DNA from: an uncultured Nitrospinota bacterium
GTDB lineage: Bacteria; Tectomicrobia; Entotheonellia; J063; CAVPRW01
Direction of reading: 5' to 3'
NCBI GenBank assembly: GCA_963707985.1
Contig: CAVPRW010000045.1
Span: forward strand, 256,001 to 320,000
Length of the DNA stretch: 64,000 nt
Part shown: one piece after another, positions 13,256 through 23,098 of the stretch
Layout of the letters: every line of letters begins with the position of its first letter
Numbering within the stretch: the first letter of the stretch is position 1
The notes under the pieces: model-generated
The model's input: only the letters and a program-made list of their open reading frames with translations
What the model was told of the DNA's origin: nothing
Database searches by the model: none
Program-made: the position numbers and the translations under genes

Positions 13256-14047
13256 CTATGCCTGCACCTCTGACTCCCCCAAAACGTTGATGCTATGGGC
13301 TATATAGCCAGCCCCGAAACCATTATCGATGTTGACTGTGGCGACGCCCGCAGCACAGCTATTGAGCATGGTGAGTAAGGCAGCAATCCCTCCGAAACTG
13401 GCGCCATAACCGATGCTTGTGGGTACGGCAATGACTGGCTTGTCAACGAGGCCGCCGACGACACTGGCGAGAGCTCCCTCCATCCCCGCCACAACGATCA
13501 GGACGCGTGCCTGAAATAGCTTTTCACGCCGATCTAGGAGGCGGTGGATGCCTGCGACCCCCACATCGTAGAGGCGTTCCGTCGTGCTCCCCATGGTCTC
13601 TGCCGTAATCGCTGCTTCTTCAGCAACGGGGATGTCCGACGTCCCTGCACTCACGACCAGCACCATACCTTTGGTACGTGGGCGGTCCTCAGATTGCACG
13701 ACGATGGCGCGTCCCTGAACATGATACAGCGCCTCCGGAAAAACCTCCCTGACGGCGGCGAACATGTCTGGGCTGGCGCGGGTAGCGAGCACATCGCTTC
13801 CAGAGCCTCGGATATGCTGCACAATCTGACACACTTGTTCCACCGTCTTGCCCTGACAGAACACTACTTCGGGGAATCCTTGCCGCAGGCCCCGATGGTG
13901 GTCGATTTGCGCAAATCCAAGGTCCTCATAAGGTAAGTGACGAAGGACTTCCAGTCCCTCCTCCGGTGTCGTCCGTTGATGGTGAATATCTTCCAATAAT
14001 TTACGCAAGAGGTGTGTTTGCAAGGTTTCGATTTGACCCACTTGCAT
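13256..14047 (-). CDS. larB: Nickel-pincer cofactor biosynthesis protein LarB (PurE-like)
   Basis: IDHHRGLRQGFPEVV, AGTSDIPVAEEA, DVGVAGIHRL, VAGMEGAL, AVPTSIGYG, VNIDNGFGA. Confidence 0.95.
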   Translation of the reverse strand: MQVGQIETLQTHLLRKLLEDIHHQRTTPEEGLEVLRHLPYEDLGFAQIDHHRGLRQGFPEVVFCQGKTVEQVCQIVQHIRGSGSDVLATRASPDMFAAVREVFPEALYHVQGRAIVVQSEDRPRTKGMVLVVSAGTSDIPVAEEAAITAETMGSTTERLYDVGVAGIHRLLDRREKLFQARVLIVVAGMEGALASVVGGLVDKPVIAVPTSIGYGASFGGIAALLTMLNSCAAGVATVNIDNGFGAGYIAHSINVLGESEVQA

Positions 14048-14694
14048 CGGGTGGTGTGTTCAGGAGACACTCATCGCTCAGTGCGTTTGACCGCGCTAGA
14101 TGTTGCTCGTCTCCCGGATAGCCTGTGTAGCACAGTATTGTAACTAACTGTTACCGCAGCATCCACAAAATTCTATCTCTAGGACCGAATGTGTCCAGTG
14201 CCCGACGTGCCCCCGTTGATCGTGTACATGGTGCAGGCACCCATGTGAAATCTCGCTACATGAAGTTCTCAGAGCATCGACCGATATTCTGGGAAGGTAA
14301 CACGCGCAACAGCGAAGCAGCCTGTCGCATGTCGCGCGATTGCCATGACTAAGTGAGCAAATGATCTATCTTATAATGTGTGTTGGAATACTCCTTCGTG
14401 TACCAGGAAGTGGTGTCGGATACAGCTGTAGCGATCGCCATCCCGGCAGAAAATTTCTCTTGACTTTGGTCACTGTTGTTGGGTAACTTTTGCAACATCT
14501 AGCATTATTTTATACCATCTTGTCATAATTTATCATCTAAAATATTTTGTCGATCGTATAACAAGTTGCGATAGACTGTAAATGACTACTTGATGGCAAC
14601 ATCTTCGGGACCAGCAATAGACTTGGGCTGTGAGACAGCCGTAAGTAGTATAGCAAAATCCGGTGTGTAAGCATACATGTGGTAAGGAGGAGTA

Positions 14695-16173
14695 ATGGTT
14701 GAGCACGCACTTGATTGGGTCGGAGGGCAATGGAAGAACAGCGAGGTCGAAGGCGTGGCGTGGGAAGCAAGCCCTGCTCGTCTGTGGGGTGGACCCGAGA
14801 TCGGTGGCGTGCTCCAGCAGGCAATGGATGCTTTAGACCTGGGCTTACTAGTCCTAGCGCCGACCGGGCGCATTGTGTATTACAACCGCACCTATGCCCG
14901 CCTCAGAGGGCTGGCGCCTGGGGCATTATTGGGGCAGCCAGTGGAGGCACTCGATCGGCGGCGGCGTGTTCGTGAGTTGTTGCAGACGGGAACACTTCCC
15001 CCCGATCGAGGGTACTCGGACGAGCGTCGCATTCACCAGGAAACGATTGTCCCACTTTGGGAGGGCGGACGACTGCGCGGTGTTGTAGTGGTGGTGAGTC
15101 CGATTCAAGCGCGGAGCGAATCCAATGGTGATGAGACACGTCGCCGTGCTCTGGGGCCCGGCGGTCATGATTCAGCCTGGCCAGCTCGCTATACCTTCGC
15201 CGATATCATCGGCCATAGTCCAGCCCTCGTGCAAGCGCGTGAACTGGCGCGCCAGGCAGCCCAGGGGGGATCGTCGGTCTTGGTGGTCGGGGAAAGTGGT
15301 ACCGGGAAGGAACTCTTCGCTCACGCCATTCATGCCGCGAGCCCTCGCTACCGGAGGCCCTTTGTGCCGGTCGATTGTTCAGCTATTCCACGTGAGCTCC
15401 TGGAATCCGAACTGTTTGGATACGCTCCAGGGGCGTTTACTGGTGCTTCTCGGGAGGGGAAAGCAGGGAAGTTTGAGCTGGCAAATGGTGGCACGATTTT
15501 TTTGGATGAGATCGGCGAGATGCCCCTGGAAATGCAGGCCAAGCTGCTACGTGTCCTGCAAGAGAGACAACTTATTCGTGTCGGAGGGGTGACGCCGCAA
15601 TCGGTGACCTGCTCGGTGATCGCTGCCACGAATCGAGATCTTGAGACACTTGTAGCCCAAGGGCGCTTCCGCCGAGATTTACTCTACCGCTTAGATGTGA
15701 TCCGTCTCGAAGTCCCCGCGCTACGCGAACGGCCCGAGGATATTCCTTTATTGGTAACGCACTATTGGGAGCATAAAAGTCGAGAGCTGGGACGCGTGGC
15801 ACAGCTCTCCGCGGAGGCGCTACGCGTGTTAGAAGGGTATACATGGCCAGGGAATGTGCGGGAACTGCTGAACGTGGTCGAGCGTTTGCTTGTCGCGAGC
15901 ACCAAACCGGTCATCGAACCTACTGATCTACCCTCCTCGATTCAGGCCGAAGGAGCGGGCCGATTACGGCGCTTTCCGTTGTTTCATCTGGGTACGGTCG
16001 TCGCTGAGGCTGAGCGTCGAACTCTTGATCGCGCCTTGCGCCAAGCGCAGGGGAATCGTAATAAAGCCGCTCAGCTCGTGGGGCTGTCACGTGCGAGCTT
16101 CTATCGGAAGCTGAAAGCCTATGGCCTCTTGCAAGGGGATCGGGAGATGCTGGCATTCCGTGCCCCCCTCTAA
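14695..16173 (+). CDS. PAS-domain sigma-54-dependent transcriptional activator (Fis-type HTH)
   Basis: GESGTGKELFA, ESELFGY, intact GAFTGA, IFLDEIGE, WPGNVREL, C-terminal HTH; AAGGAGG RBS. Confidence 0.93.
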   Translation: MVEHALDWVGGQWKNSEVEGVAWEASPARLWGGPEIGGVLQQAMDALDLGLLVLAPTGRIVYYNRTYARLRGLAPGALLGQPVEALDRRRRVRELLQTGTLPPDRGYSDERRIHQETIVPLWEGGRLRGVVVVVSPIQARSESNGDETRRRALGPGGHDSAWPARYTFADIIGHSPALVQARELARQAAQGGSSVLVVGESGTGKELFAHAIHAASPRYRRPFVPVDCSAIPRELLESELFGYAPGAFTGASREGKAGKFELANGGTIFLDEIGEMPLEMQAKLLRVLQERQLIRVGGVTPQSVTCSVIAATNRDLETLVAQGRFRRDLLYRLDVIRLEVPALRERPEDIPLLVTHYWEHKSRELGRVAQLSAEALRVLEGYTWPGNVRELLNVVERLLVASTKPVIEPTDLPSSIQAEGAGRLRRFPLFHLGTVVAEAERRTLDRALRQAQGNRNKAAQLVGLSRASFYRKLKAYGLLQGDREMLAFRAPL

Positions 16174-16194
16174 CCCCCCCGCAATCGCATTTGT

Positions 16195-16224
16195 CTCCCA
16201 GCGCTGTTCAGAAGGCGCTGGGAG
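16195..16224 (+). terminator. Hairpin downstream of the activator gene
   Basis: CTCCCAGCGC-10 nt-GCGCTGGGAG perfect 10-bp stem; T-run about 17 nt further on. Confidence 0.5.
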
Positions 16225-16485
16225 CGCTCACCCATCCCCCTTTTTGATGCCTCAGACGCAGGTCCAGACTCTCACGGACCCCACCCCAAGCAAGGTTTAA
16301 GGCTCACACAGTCGCCGTAATAGTCAGCCCTAATGCATTCGTCAGATGATGGTATACTATGGCAACGCGTCCTCACAGATGCAAGTAGCTCTCTCACCGT
16401 TTCAGCACTCTTCCGCGTCTGGCACTAATCATGATTCTCGTCATACTCACGTTGGATACCTGTCGACAAAAATCATTTGCCTTCA

Positions 16486-16700
16486 CTAGACGCTACGAAG
16501 CATAATGGTTTTGCTGAAACTCTCGCCACAAAAGAACGACTTGCAGCGGCTACCACCGGGAATGGCCTTCATCCAGTCGAGATATTGCACTAGCAGCGAA
16601 TCATGCAGGCCAAAGTCTACTCTGATCCGATCTCGGTTGACGGCAGGCGGGTTCCTGAAGCCTTCCATGCCAAACATCGCGACCAGACAATCTCCAAAAC
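16486..16700 (-). pseudogene. Remnant of a DppB/OppB-type ABC permease N-terminus
   Basis: GDCLVAMFG...RIRVDFGLHDSLLVQYLDWM...KSFFCGES resembles the intact permease at 23099-24055 (GDVAL...RIRVELGLDQPLIVQYGEWI...FGNSYW). Confidence 0.5.
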
Positions 16701-16823
16701 GTTGGTGTTGGGAGAAGAGATACCAGCCTGGTCTCTGCAAGTCAAATCCATTTGCATAGGTGTTCATGATGAGCAATCCTTAGTGTGGAAACAAGAGACC
16801 TTGTTGGCCATGGTCTCGTCTCG

Positions 16824-16915
16824 AATCCCCTCTTTGATCAATGGGAGCAGAGGGGATTGACCGGGTGGGAGCGGGTGACGAAATCCCCCATCCCCCCATG
16901 GTAAAAGGAGGGGAG
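16824..16915. repeat. REP/MITE-like palindromic units
   Basis: AATCCCCTCT...AGAGGGGATT inverted repeat (16824-16858) and a second degenerate unit AAATCCCCCATCCCCCATGGTAAAAGGAGGGGA. Confidence 0.4.
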
Positions 16916-17225
16916 TCGTATGGATGGTACTGTCTGCGCAAGGAGGTTGCCTGAACAAGCACTAGGGATGGTGCTGCGAGGCCCCTGATCGTTCCCATGT
17001 CGGGCAGCCCAACTAGACATGGAAGGGAATCTTGTGATACTAGAACCGATAGCAGAACTCTATCAAACGAAGCGGATAAGCTATGCTGTCGTTCCAACAT
17101 AACGATTAGCCTTATTCTAGGGTGCCATATGTGGTCACGACCTGCTGGAGGCTACCGATGTCGGCTGGGACCTCTGTTAGCTTGACTCGTAAGAGGAGCA
17201 AGGATTATCCGAGAGGAACCATGGC

Positions 17226-18281
17226 CTAGCCCCCGTGGGCACACACGATCCCTTGGTTGCAGGTCTGCGCAAGCAGCTGATAACGCTCCTGTTGCCAGCC
17301 GACGGGCTCCCCTACGGTTGCCTCCCGCTGGCATTGCCATTGATAGGCGCTGGTCAACGCGACCATGCGCAACCTGAAGATGCCAGGCACCCGCACCGCC
17401 CAGTCGGTTTTCTGGGGTTGATGCCCCAGATACCCCAGATGCCACTGCTGCTTACATCCCTTAAGACAGCGGTTCTCGGGTAGACTGCGGTCGTCATCGC
17501 CATCGAAGAGCCGCACGGGTTGGTCGACCGTGGCCTTGGTCAGGGAAACCCCTGTGCGGCCTGGCCCATAGTCCTTCCACGTCCAATGACGTGCCACTAG
17601 GGCATCGAGGGGGTTGGCTCGGAAGTTATAACGAGGATGCTGGTGCCCGTGCTCAGGCATCCCATCATACTCATAGGATCTCAGCTCGGTGATGCCCACA
17701 GCCTCGGGCTCCAGGTGCTCCGTCCAGGACTCTTGACCCTAGCGATGACGCCCAGTATCCACACGGCGGCCATGGGTGAGCTTTGCTCCCGCGGCTGCCT
17801 GGGCGCGTACGTCTGCGGGTACCGCATGCTTCCCCAAAATGCCGGGAAACATGGGCCCGCGCGCCCGCTCACCCTGGCGCTTGGCCGCTCCCCGTTGGCA
17901 CACGCCTTACCGCGCGTGCTGGGCATTAAAGCCTACCACGAGCCTCAGCGCCTCATCACTAGACAGCAGTGCCGGCAGAACCTTGATGCGCTCAATACCA
18001 AACAGCGTCTTCAACCCGTAGTGCAAGATAAACTGCATGTAGGGGCACATCTCGCATTGGATCGCCTTGCCGTAAAGCTCAGACAGAATCCTCAGTCCTC
18101 TCGCTCGGTCCAGGAAGTGACAGAAGTCCTCCAACAAGACCCCTTCATCCAGCCGGTACATCCCAGCCAGGCGTTGTTTGCAGTACAGTCGTCGCGCCAC
18201 TCTGGCATCGTCGGGACGGGTGACTACCCAACGCAGCCACTCGGCCCGACTCTGGGGGAGCTCAGCGCGTGTTTGTTTCAT
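17226..18281 (-). mobile_element. Degenerate DDE-type transposase remnant (internally deleted, with stops and frameshifts)
   Basis: Fragments DDARVARRLY...YRLDEGVLLEDF...YGLKTLFGIE...VGFNAQ and DDDRSLPENRCLKGCKQQWHLG (decayed R-x2-IE-x5-K catalytic-Glu region); recognised from memory, no terminal repeats seen. Confidence 0.6.
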
Positions 18282-18469
18282 GGTCCACCCTCCGCCTCTG
18301 CGTGCGCCCCTGTTCTAGACTCAAGTGGCCTGCAGTTCATGGCCTCAGGCTTCTGGTGAATTCCTAGCGTAAGCTATATCCTGACCTACCTGCGGCGACA
18401 GAGCGGAGGATTCACGAGCCATCGGCTCTGTCGGTCCTCGGAGAGATTCTATCGTAAAGGAGATCGCTC

Positions 18470-18988
18470 ATGATACCCTTCGTCAAAACGTTATCTGCGC
18501 TGACTTTAGTCGCTCTGACTGTAGCACTGGTGAGCGCCCAGGATACAGTAAACTTCTCTGGTACCTGGGTTGTGGATAAGTCTCAGAGTGATGTGGCAGA
18601 GCTCTTGGGTCTTAGTGATGACCCGGAGAAGGCACGGGACGCCAGCATGACCATGGTGATTGAACAGCAGGGGTCGAACCTTAGAGTGACCAGAGTGATG
18701 AAAACCCAAGGCGAGGAGAGAAAAGAGATCCATACGTACAAGATTGGTAGTGGCGAGACGACGAACACCGGCTATCGTGGCGAGACCATCGTCGGCCGGG
18801 CCTTCTGGGAAGGGGATCAGTTAGTGATCGTGTCAACCCGCACCTGGAAGGTGTTCTTGAGAGAGGTCTCGGCTCAAAGCCGAGGTGTGTGGAGTCTCTC
18901 CCCGGACGGGAAACACTTAACGATCGCCGCCCAGGTCAATAGCCCTCGTGGGGAGCAACGGGGCAAGGTGGTGTTCAATAGGAAGTAG
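18470..18988 (+). CDS. Secreted hypothetical protein, probable lipocalin/FABP-like beta-barrel
   Basis: Signal peptide (VSA-QD), NFSGTW motif, WSLSPDGKHLTI; AAGGAG RBS. Confidence 0.7.
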   Translation: MIPFVKTLSALTLVALTVALVSAQDTVNFSGTWVVDKSQSDVAELLGLSDDPEKARDASMTMVIEQQGSNLRVTRVMKTQGEERKEIHTYKIGSGETTNTGYRGETIVGRAFWEGDQLVIVSTRTWKVFLREVSAQSRGVWSLSPDGKHLTIAAQVNSPRGEQRGKVVFNRK

Positions 18989-19376
18989 AACAGGCTGCAG
19001 GCCATTATCCGCTACGAGCTCTTGGCTCTGTTGCCTCAGTGGACGCGCCCGATTGGCGGTCAGCACAAGTCGATTCCTCATGAACTTTCAGGAACATCCG
19101 TTTACGTGTAGGGATATGAGCTCGTGTTGTGGGCCTCGCAACCCCTATGATATAGTGAGCGATACTGCCGAGCAAACCCCGCACAGAGGGTTAACGTGCA
19201 AGAGAGATGATCGCATTCGCCTTGAAGGACAATGGGGCATGGCTCTGCTCATGAAGACGCCTGTGGGGCATGCTAACTGATGCGCGCAACACTACGGAGT
19301 GATGCCATGATGAGGGCTCGCTACTGCAGGCGCGACCGCAGCCTTCCGCAGCTGACATCCGCCTGGGAGACGTGGC

Positions 19377-20705
19377 ATGAAAATAAGGTGCAGCCGCCAA
19401 CTCTGGAGCCCCATCGCCTTTCTCCTCCTGCTGGGCTCTTTATGGAGCGTTGACGAAGCATGGGCGAGGAGCGAGATTCATTTTTGGCACGCTATGACTG
19501 GGCAGTTGAACGACGCGGTCGATGCGCTTGCCACTAAATTCAACGAAAGACAGCATGATTATGAGGTGAAACCGCTGTACAAGGGCACCTATCCGGAAAC
19601 GCTGGCGGCTGCCATGGCGGCCTATCGTACCAAAACCTCCCCACATATTGTGCAGGTTTTTGATGTCGGCACGCAAACCATGCTGCTCTCAGGAGCGATC
19701 ATGCCTGTCTTTCAAATGATGAGAGAACAAGGGATGGTCATCGACTGGAGTGATTTTATTCAGCCAGTGCTGTCGTATTATTCCAAGGCTGGACGGCTGT
19801 ACTCGATGCCCTTCAACTCGTCAACCCCCATTTTGTATTACAACAAAGATGCCTTCCAGAAGGCTGGACTCAGTCCCGATAGACCGCCCACTACCTGGAG
19901 GGAGGTAGGAGAGTTCTCGCGGCGTATCATCAGCGCCGGTTCCGCCAAATGCGGTTTCAGCACAGGCTGGCCGTCGTGGATCCTATTTGAGAACATGGCC
20001 GCCTGGCATGACCTCCCCTTTGCTACCAACCTGAATGGCTTCGGTGGCGTCGACACCCAACTGTTGGTTAACGGCGAGTTTCAGCGCATGCTTGTTGAGA
20101 GATTGCTTAGCTGGCAAGCGGAGAACATCTACAGCTATGGTGGACGTATGGCCGACCCGGACCCAAAATTCATCAGTGGTGAATGTGCCATGTACTTGCA
20201 GTCTTCGGCATTGATTGGGGGGGGCGCTCGCTCAATACGGTTTAAATGGGGTACCGGGCAGTTACCCCATTGGGGTTCCCCTTATAAAAAGGGCACCTCG
20301 ATTCCTGGGGGTGCAACCTTGTGGGTCATGCAAGGACTATTACCGACTGATTATCGGGGGATCGCCCAGTTTTTCAAGTTCCTCGCTGAGCCAGATCAGC
20401 AGGCAAGCTGGCACCAGACAACCGGTTATGTGACCATCACGAACGCTTCCTTAAAGTATCTGGGACAAACCGATCACTTCTTGAGAAACCCCGACCAGTG
20501 GACCGCCTTCGCCCAGCTCACCAGTGGGCACAACACCTCTAATACTCAGGGTATCCGTTTGGGCAATTTCGCGGCGGTGCGTGATGCGATCGAAGACGAG
20601 TTGGAGAGTATTCTTTCCAGGAAGAAGAGTGTGCAACAAGGATTGGACGATGCGGTCGCTAAAGGCAACCAGATCTTGAAGGAGTTTGCCAGTTCATATC
20701 AGTAG
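19377..20705 (+). CDS. ugpB: sn-glycerol-3-phosphate ABC transporter substrate-binding protein
   Basis: FWHAM, YKGTYPET, QVFDVGT, SMPFNSSTPILYYNKDAF, GGATLWV, WHQTTGY, GIRLGNF. Confidence 0.88.
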   Translation: MKIRCSRQLWSPIAFLLLLGSLWSVDEAWARSEIHFWHAMTGQLNDAVDALATKFNERQHDYEVKPLYKGTYPETLAAAMAAYRTKTSPHIVQVFDVGTQTMLLSGAIMPVFQMMREQGMVIDWSDFIQPVLSYYSKAGRLYSMPFNSSTPILYYNKDAFQKAGLSPDRPPTTWREVGEFSRRIISAGSAKCGFSTGWPSWILFENMAAWHDLPFATNLNGFGGVDTQLLVNGEFQRMLVERLLSWQAENIYSYGGRMADPDPKFISGECAMYLQSSALIGGGARSIRFKWGTGQLPHWGSPYKKGTSIPGGATLWVMQGLLPTDYRGIAQFFKFLAEPDQQASWHQTTGYVTITNASLKYLGQTDHFLRNPDQWTAFAQLTSGHNTSNTQGIRLGNFAAVRDAIEDELESILSRKKSVQQGLDDAVAKGNQILKEFASSYQ

Positions 20706-20765
20706 ATGATAACACACCGGGATTGTGGGATGGTTGTGTCTTCATGAAGAAAGAGTGGTGGACAT

Positions 20766-21119
20766 ATGCAATCCTTTGGAAAAACCGACCCAGCGAATAT
20801 CGAAGTGCATATCCCCGACCGCGCCATGACCATTCAATGGGGAGACGGGCATCGCAGCGTCTACCCCTTCGATCTACTGCGCCGAGAGTGCCCTTGTGCC
20901 ATTTGTCGAGAAGCGAGCCACGTGTACACGAATGATCCCTTCAAAGTGGTAACCAGTACGGTCAGACCGGGAGAGGTGACCGTAACCGGTGCCGAGCAGG
21001 TGGGGAGGTATGCAGTGCGATTTGAATGGAGTGACGCGCACAACACCGGTATATACTCCTATGAATATCTGCGCACCATCTGCCCGTGTGAGAGGTGTCA
21101 GAATCCGCCGTCGAGCTAA
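20766..21119 (+). CDS. DUF971 / GBBH N-terminal-like small metal-binding protein
   Basis: LRRECPCAIC and VGRYAVRFEWSDAHNTGIYSYEYL. Confidence 0.85.
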   Translation: MQSFGKTDPANIEVHIPDRAMTIQWGDGHRSVYPFDLLRRECPCAICREASHVYTNDPFKVVTSTVRPGEVTVTGAEQVGRYAVRFEWSDAHNTGIYSYEYLRTICPCERCQNPPSS

Positions 21120-21232
21120 CCAACGCTAGGGGTCTCATAGAGCAGCTGCGAAAAATACGTTACAGGGAAGTGGGCAGGCATGGTCTGTCCAATCTCCCAT
21201 GACCGAATACACAGCTATATAGGAGAGGGGTC

Positions 21233-22036
21233 ATGAGCTACGAACAGATCATTTACACGAAAGAAGACAGGGTTGCCATCATCACCCTGAACCGTCCGCA
21301 AGTCCTCAACGCCTTCACCCCGATCATGATCGATGAGTGGGTGCGGGCCATCGAGACCTCCAAGCTTGACCCAGAGGTGCGGGCCGTTATCGTCACCGGG
21401 GCAGGGCGGGGGTTTTGCTCCGGCGTCGATGTGCGGAGCTTTCGGGAACGCGAACATTCGGATGGCAACCCGATTGTCGGCGGACGGTACTGGCTGCAGC
21501 ACAGTGTACATCGGGTGCCACTAGCGCTACGTACCCTGGATAAACCTTACATTGCCGCTGTCAATGGTCCCGCCGCCGGAGCTGGAATGGATATGGCCAG
21601 TATGGCGGATCTGCGTATCGCATCCGAAACGGCCACATTCACCATGAGTTATGTGAATGTGGGCATCGTTCCAGGGGACGGTGGCTGTTACTACTTACCG
21701 CGAGTCGTCGGCGTGGCGCGAGCCCTTGACCTTATCTGGACTGGCCGCACCATGGATGCCCAGGAAGCCCTACAGATTGGCTATGTGAGCCAAGTGGTGC
21801 CGCCCGATCAACTCATGGGTGCTGTCATGACCTACGCGAAAAAATTGGCCAAAGGCCCACAGGTCGCTATTGAACTGGCAAAACGTTTGGTCTATGAGGG
21901 CTTGGAAACCAACAACCTGTTCAAAGAACTGCGCTCGGCAGAACATGCCATGCTGATCGCTCGCGCCACCGAGGATGCTATTGAAGGCCCACGTGCCTGG
22001 GCAGAAAGACGCCCTCCCGATTTTCAGGGACGATAG
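21233..22036 (+). CDS. Enoyl-CoA hydratase/isomerase family protein
   Basis: ITLNRP, TGAGRGFCSGVD, KPYIAAVNGPAAGAG, GIVPGDGG, PDFQGR. Confidence 0.92.
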   Translation: MSYEQIIYTKEDRVAIITLNRPQVLNAFTPIMIDEWVRAIETSKLDPEVRAVIVTGAGRGFCSGVDVRSFREREHSDGNPIVGGRYWLQHSVHRVPLALRTLDKPYIAAVNGPAAGAGMDMASMADLRIASETATFTMSYVNVGIVPGDGGCYYLPRVVGVARALDLIWTGRTMDAQEALQIGYVSQVVPPDQLMGAVMTYAKKLAKGPQVAIELAKRLVYEGLETNNLFKELRSAEHAMLIARATEDAIEGPRAWAERRPPDFQGR

Positions 22037-22147
22037 TGAGTCAGAATAGTTGTCAAATGTGATAGCTGCTTGGCAACGGCTTCCCCGATTTGGTGATTCG
22101 CGACGGGCTGTTGAGAGGCCTGCCCTCTCGGTGGCAAGAATCGTTTC

Positions 22148-23077
22148 CTAGCGCCCACGCAATTTAGGGTCGAGCACGTCCCGCAGCGCATCGCCGAATA
22201 AGTTTGCCCCAAACACTGCCGCGCTGATGAAGATGCCGGGAAAAATCGCCATCCAGATGGCCGTCTCAAAAAACCGCATGCCTTCGACCGACAGCATCCG
22301 GCCCCAGGATGGCGCCGGCGGAGGCACTCCCATACCCAGAAAGCTCAGAGAGGCCTCCACGAGAATAGCCCCACTAAGACCAGCTGACGCGACGACAATG
22401 TATGGCGCCATGACATTCGGCAGGATGTGTCGCAACATGATACGCCAGTTGGCGCAGCCGACGGCATGTGCAGCGTCGACGAAGAGGCTTTCTTTAACGG
22501 ACAACACGGCGGAGCGGATAACTCGATTCGTGTCCGGGATGCGCGGGATAGCAATAGCAAGGATAACGTTAAACATCGATGGACCTAACATGGTCACAAT
22601 GGCCATCGCCAGCACCAGTCCGGGAATAGTGAACATCACATCGGCAACCCGTTGCATCAATTGATCGATTCGCCCTCCTAGGAATCCGCTCAACAGCCCC
22701 GCCATTGCCCCAATCGACGTCCCCAGCACCGTAGATAGAATGCCTACATAGATCGAAATACGCGCCCCATAAATCACCCGACTGTAGATATCCCGTCCGA
22801 AATTGTCGGTCCCGAACCAGTGCTCGACGGAGGGAGGCTGCACTCGAGCCCGATAATTATTGAGATCGGGGTCGTGTGTTGCGAGGTGGGGGGCCAGCAC
22901 GGCTACACTCATGAAGGCAAAGAGGAACACGGCTCCAATCGCCCCCAGAGGTTTTCTCCTTACAAAGTTGCTGATGCTGTGCCAGACACGGGCGATCCCC
23001 CGTTTCTCCGGCACAAGGCCTTCAATCAGGTCGACAGTTTTTACATCGATCGTGCTACTCAGCGTGCCGGAGCTCAT
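22148..23077 (-). CDS. Peptide/nickel ABC transporter permease (DppC/OppC type)
   Basis: HWFGTDNFGRDIYSRVIYGAR, RHILPN, EASLSFLG, GDALRDVLDP. Confidence 0.93.
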   Translation of the reverse strand: MSSGTLSSTIDVKTVDLIEGLVPEKRGIARVWHSISNFVRRKPLGAIGAVFLFAFMSVAVLAPHLATHDPDLNNYRARVQPPSVEHWFGTDNFGRDIYSRVIYGARISIYVGILSTVLGTSIGAMAGLLSGFLGGRIDQLMQRVADVMFTIPGLVLAMAIVTMLGPSMFNVILAIAIPRIPDTNRVIRSAVLSVKESLFVDAAHAVGCANWRIMLRHILPNVMAPYIVVASAGLSGAILVEASLSFLGMGVPPPAPSWGRMLSVEGMRFFETAIWMAIFPGIFISAAVFGANLFGDALRDVLDPKLRGR

Positions 23078-23098
23078 ACACAGGCCTCACCAACACTC

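Noticed and set aside
16420..16434. Sigma-54 promoter TGGCACTAATCATGA downstream of the activator
   Set aside because: The -12 element lacks the conserved GC and no intact gene follows on that strand.
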